A stretch of DNA of 64,000 nucleotides from Guillardia theta CCMP2712 (Eukaryota > Protista > Cryptophyta): positions 426,384-490,383 of the forward strand of contig NW_005434652.1 in NCBI RefSeq assembly GCF_000315625.1, in the 5' to 3' direction. Positions 59,487 to 64,000 of this stretch are shown in pieces. The stretch's first letter is position 1. The number at the start of each line of letters is the position of its first letter. A program made the translations under genes and the position numbers. The notes below the pieces were generated by a model. That model was not told where the DNA came from, made no database searches, and saw nothing but the letters and a program-made list of their open reading frames with translations.

Positions 59487-61471
59487 ATGATGGCGAGGTG
59501 AGCGAACATGGCGGATGCTGCATGCGGAGAGAGAAGACAGTAGGAGCAGGAGACAGCGCCTTCCTCTTTATGACGAGGTCACGAGAGAGGTGGGGGCAAA
59601 CCAGGCAGAAAGTCGCAGATTGGATCTGGAGGAAACAGGTTCTTGACACTAGGGATATGCAGGTATTACAGATCTCCTCTGGTGACCAGAGCAGTGTGTA
59701 CCCTTACAGTGTGGCTGTGGCTGGTAGATGTCATTCTCCTTCCGGTGAGTGCAATGGATTCTACACAAAGAGTGCGACTGACAGGGGTGACGAACCAAGG
59801 GTCTGTCATTGAAGCTCGCCACTTGTCCTGGAGCAATCCTCTACCTACAGGTAGCTTTGCTGCAATTTCGCTCTTCTCACCCTCGTGCTTAGCTCTGGCG
59901 ATGGTTCACCTCTCCATTTGTTGAGCAAGGCATTTTCGGGGTGCTGATTGGGTGCCTAGTGTTTGGGGGTATCGGAAGCCAATTCGAGGTGAGGAGTGTT
60001 TTCTGTTCCGATGGGGCTGCTTGACATGTGTTCATGTACAGCGAATGTTTGGAACTCTTGCGTTTGGGTACTTGTTCATGGTTATCAATGTTTCAGCGAA
60101 TATTTTGTTCACCTTCGCTGCACTCTTCTTTGCACCAATCCTGCCTGAAATGCATCTTTTATCACCTCTGAACTGTGCCAACGGTAAGCTCTTCACGAAT
60201 CATCTGCATGCTGAACATGTGTGATATGTGCAGGTCTATGGGTATCGGTATTGGCGTTTCTTGTGATTCATACACAGAGGTCTCCACACCCTTTCATGTC
60301 ATTTTGGGGTCTTTGCAACATTCCAACGAAATTTTATCCTTGGTTCCTTCTTATTTTGTTCGCTCTGCTTGGAGCAAGCGTACTGGTGTGTCACAGGATG
60401 ATATGGAAAATTCCACTTGATAACCCTCTACAGGAAAATTTGTGCGGGATCCTGGTCGGATACGCCTTCCAATTTGGCTACCTGGAGCGTGTCATGCCCT
60501 CAGAACAGAAATTCTCATCGTGGGAAACTTCGAGGTACTTCACATGGATTACAAGTTCACCGTGAGTGCTGCTAGCTCTGAGTTGATGAGATGCTTACTT
60601 CACACTTTGATATTATCAGGGGGCATTTGACTTGGACAGGGGCTCTCGTTTCCTACCCCACCGACGGCGGGGGGGGGCTTGGCAATTGGATGTCGTCATC
60701 TACTGGACAGTCTCAATCCTCGACCGGTGGGTCACTCCCTTTACATCATGTCACTCAAGTTGCACTCAAGGGAATGTGATGAGCGGAGGGGTCATCCGTC
60801 AAGGCCAACAAGATCAGCATCGCGCAGCCGCGTCGAACGTGCTGTATCCTCCGTGGTTTCGCAAAGGACTCAATGCCTTTCGCAGCCCGGAACTTCTTCC
60901 TTCTCAGCCTTCCAGGGCTCTGGCCATTCGCTAGGTGAGGGGAACATCTGCAGTCGGCCGAAGTTTGATGGGACTGAAGGGTCTACCGCACCGCAACCTG
61001 GCGGGTGGTTTGGGGGAGCGACCAGCAGCTCAGAGCCAACCTCAGGTGTAGCATCTCTCAGTCTGCGTTGAAAGCTGTTGATGCGTGGTTGACAGCATCA
61101 GGAAGGCCCCTTGGCAGACTCCTGCAGAGTTTGGGGGCGGGCGGCGACGGAAGGGGAGGATACTCTCAAGTACCCAGGGAAGAGGGCCTCGCCCCGAGTG
61201 AAGCGCCGAGCAGCATGCCGCCGGTGCTGCAGCGTCTGTTTGATGGTTCTGTTGTCTGGCTAACGTCGATGACAGAGAGTGGACCCGGAGACGATGGAGG
61301 ATAACTTGATCAGGTTGTGTGAGATGGGATTTGACCGGGCAAAGGTGAGTGCGAGAGCCATCGGGACGACAGTGGAGCGACTGAGTGCGGACTTGGCTTC
61401 TGCAGGCTCAGAGGGCGCTGGAAGAGCACCACGGAAACCTTGAGGCAGCAGCGGCATCACTCACACAGTGA
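59487..61471 (+). CDS. Rhomboid-superfamily membrane protein with SHP-like box and C-terminal UBA, probably a pseudoprotease; start uncertain
   Basis: PLVTR; RMFGTLAF; NIPTKFYPWFLLIL; ENLCGILVG; AFQGSGHSLG; LCEMGFDRAK|AQRALEEHHGNLEAAAASL. Confidence 0.78.
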
Positions 61472-62523
61472 GTCTATGGCTAATAAAGCCAATAGTATGC
61501 CCCGGAACACCGCGGCAACTTGCCTTTTATGTAAGCTAGAATTATCAAATCCTCAAGTAAATATCAGCATGCAATTCTTCTGAGTCTCCGGTGACTTCCT
61601 GACGGATCACATGGTTCATATATTAGAGCCCAGACCTCCATTACGACTATTCGCAATCAGATCACCGATGGCCGCGACCAGAGGAAGCATCCTCGGGGTG
61701 GGAAATACCCCTGGTTATCTGTATATTTGCATGGGCCTCTCTCTCTCCTCTCTCTTCCCTTCTCTCCTCTCTCTTTCACTTTCTTCTCTTTCTCTCTTAC
61801 TTTCTCTTTCTTCTGCTTTACTAAAAAGTTACTCTTCTCACTCTCCTCTCTTACTCATGACCCCTTACTCTACTTCATAAATACTCTTATCTCAGAAGTC
61901 AATCACCTACCTGCTCTTACTTCGCTACAGCATACGGTTCATCGGTTATGAGCCCACCACAACGGCGTTTCCCGGGCCCCTCTCAGTGCCGGAGGCCTGG
62001 CCGGAGGCTCTCTCAGTGCGCTCAGTGCGGCCCGTGTGGTGAGCGGGGATGAGGTCCATGGCTTTTGGAGCCGTCGGGCGAGCGATGGAAGTTGTAGAGA
62101 GGCGATGAGGAGGATGAAGATGGCGAGAGAGATGATAGATGATGATGGATATGGTCGCTAACTGTGTTGTTGCATGTGTGGGACACCGTGCTTTCTAGGA
62201 TTCAGACTGTATGTTGCGGTCTATGCCATTCACAAGCTGTGAAAAGTGCTGTTAGGTGCAAGGTGATGAAGGCAGTGCGATGTGCGACTCAACCGGTCAT
62301 GCCGCATTATGAGAGATACGAGGGCAGAGACTGGGTAGTGCAAGGATGTTGAATGGAGGAGCAGTGAGGACGAGAAACTAATACGGCGGCACTGCAAACT
62401 TTGGATAGTTTTCCTCTTCACAAACTAAGAGGAGCCTGAATGATGGTTTGCAGGACGGTCGGCCTTCGAGCGACAACCAACAAGAGATGAGAGCAGCTCC
62501 TTGAACCTCGAGGAAGGGAACCA

Positions 62524-64000
62524 ATGAAGTCCCTCCTCCAGAAATTCCGAAAGGAGGAGAAGGAGCAGCCGCTGGGCGAGTGCGGAGTGGGGATCGTGTT
62601 TGCCCCAGGGCCAGACAAGGGGTTGTATGTCCGTGAGATCGCAGAGGGAGGCCCAGCCTGGAGGGCAAACGAGGGGTACAGCGGCCCGATCAATGGCAGG
62701 GAGAGCGTCGTCAGGGTCGGCGATTGCCTTCTTGATGTACAGGTGAAGCTCGTTTGTGAAGACTTTGGGTTGTCCTAACAGTGTTGGATCAGGACGTCTT
62801 GGAGCCCTACAACCCCTACTCAGACAAGCCGGCAAAGAAGGGCAAGAAGCACGATGTGTTCGGCAAGAACCTGAGCCACGTCATCCGTGTCCTAAGAGGG
62901 CCGCCGGATAGCTACGTCGAGCTCACCTTCCGGCGCGTCACCAACCGCGGGCTTGCTGTGCCTGTGACTGTCTGCATCCAGCGCGGAGAACCGGCAACCA
63001 CACGAGACGTCGACAACTATCGTGTGAAGCGACTGAGCGCTGAGCTGCAAGAGAGGTTCAAGGACATCGACGAGGACAACAGCGGCGAGATCTCGTTGGA
63101 TGAAGTTGTTTCCTACCTCCTTCGAAACCCGTTGCCTGGCCAAGGTGACGTGTGGAAGACCGCCAACTTCCTCTTCAAGAGGGCGGACAAGGATGAGAGT
63201 GGGTCCATCAGCGCCGCTGAGTTTGAGAAGGAGTTCAACAAGCTCTATGAGCAGATGGCGTCACAAACAGCTCCTACCGATCTGGAGGAGCAGGCGGAAG
63301 TTTCCATCGAAGAAGCTTTCAGCAACTCTCTAGCCTCCATGCGCGAGGATCTGATTCGAGCGATTCATGTGATCAAACGCCCGTACATGATGCAGCTGTG
63401 GCAACACATTCGAGACCCGGAGGACGCGTTTCTGATCTCCAGCATGTACCGGTTGGAGGGCTACGACTCCCAGAAGCCAGGCTCTGGCAAGTACATCCTG
63501 CACTCGAAGATCTATGATGCCAGTAGCCAGTTCTTCTGGAAATGCTTCTTGCGCATTCATGCTGCGCTGCACACTGCGCAAGCGATCTTGAAGAAGGAGA
63601 TGGAGCAGGAGTTCATCGACGAGGAGGAAGAGGAAGGAGCCATCATTGAAGTCAGCAAGCTGCTTGTCCTGCCAAGGGTCATCTCCCTCGATGAGCTTTC
63701 AAGAGAGCACGAATCGCGCTCCACCATCATGGTGAACGTGAGCCGTTGCCCTGGTCGAGGATACCCGCCGCGGTTGTGGCAGCCGAAAGAGAAAGTTATT
63801 GATCTGTTTGCGAGCCAGAAGTTCATCGAGATGCCTTCGCCGTTCATAGGCCGAACAGAGTCAGTCTATCACGTGATCGAGTCTCTAACTCTCAAGAGGC
63901 TCAACACCATCATCGGTGAGACCGGGTTCGGCAAGAGCTACACCCTCCGTGCCGTCTTGCACACCCTGCAGGTGCGAGCAGAGGAGTCTCCGACGGGAAG
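62524..64000 (+). CDS. PDZ + paired EF-hand + P-loop NTPase (STAND/NB-ARC-like) protein, truncated at the window end; missing from the ORF track after 62778
   Basis: CGVGIVF..LYVREIAEGGPA..VGDCLLDV|..VLRGPPDSYVELTF; DEDNSGEISLDE; DKDESGSISAAE; FIGRTE..LNTIIGETGFGKS. Confidence 0.78.

Overview
Gene-dense, intron-rich eukaryotic nuclear DNA with typical ~45-60 nt GT-AG introns, a few GC-AG introns, and many (GAG/CCT)n and (GAGAG)n microsatellites in introns. A gene with an ASAFAP-type bipartite plastid leader points to an alga with a complex red plastid; a cryptophyte such as Guillardia is my inference, not proven. About 18 protein genes were assembled by hand across introns: an unknown protein cut by the left edge, ABHD18-like hydrolase, RCC1-repeat protein, PDZ/coiled-coil membrane protein, MRG15/Eaf3, pyruvate:NADP+ oxidoreductase (PFOR-CPR fusion), a WD40 protein, an intronless multi-module glycosyltransferase, a PWWP-BAH-WD40 protein, an OGT/SEC with an apparent signal peptide, a duplicated [MerT-like membrane + HMA]x2 protein, an RNA-triphosphatase/polynucleotide-kinase fusion, an SK-type K+ channel, a small membrane protein with a SAP-like motif, WDR17, a plastid Rossmann protein, a rhomboid pseudoprotease-UBA, and a PDZ-EF-hand-P-loop protein cut by the right edge. 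The two most interesting items are a spliced in-frame fusion of a DUSP11-type RNA 5'-triphosphatase to an N4BP2-type polynucleotide kinase, and a PNO carrying a second, internal mitochondrial-presequence-like insert. No rRNA, tRNA, CRISPR array or clear transposon was seen. Gene boundaries are manual and approximate, and family calls rest on recalled motifs, not database searches.
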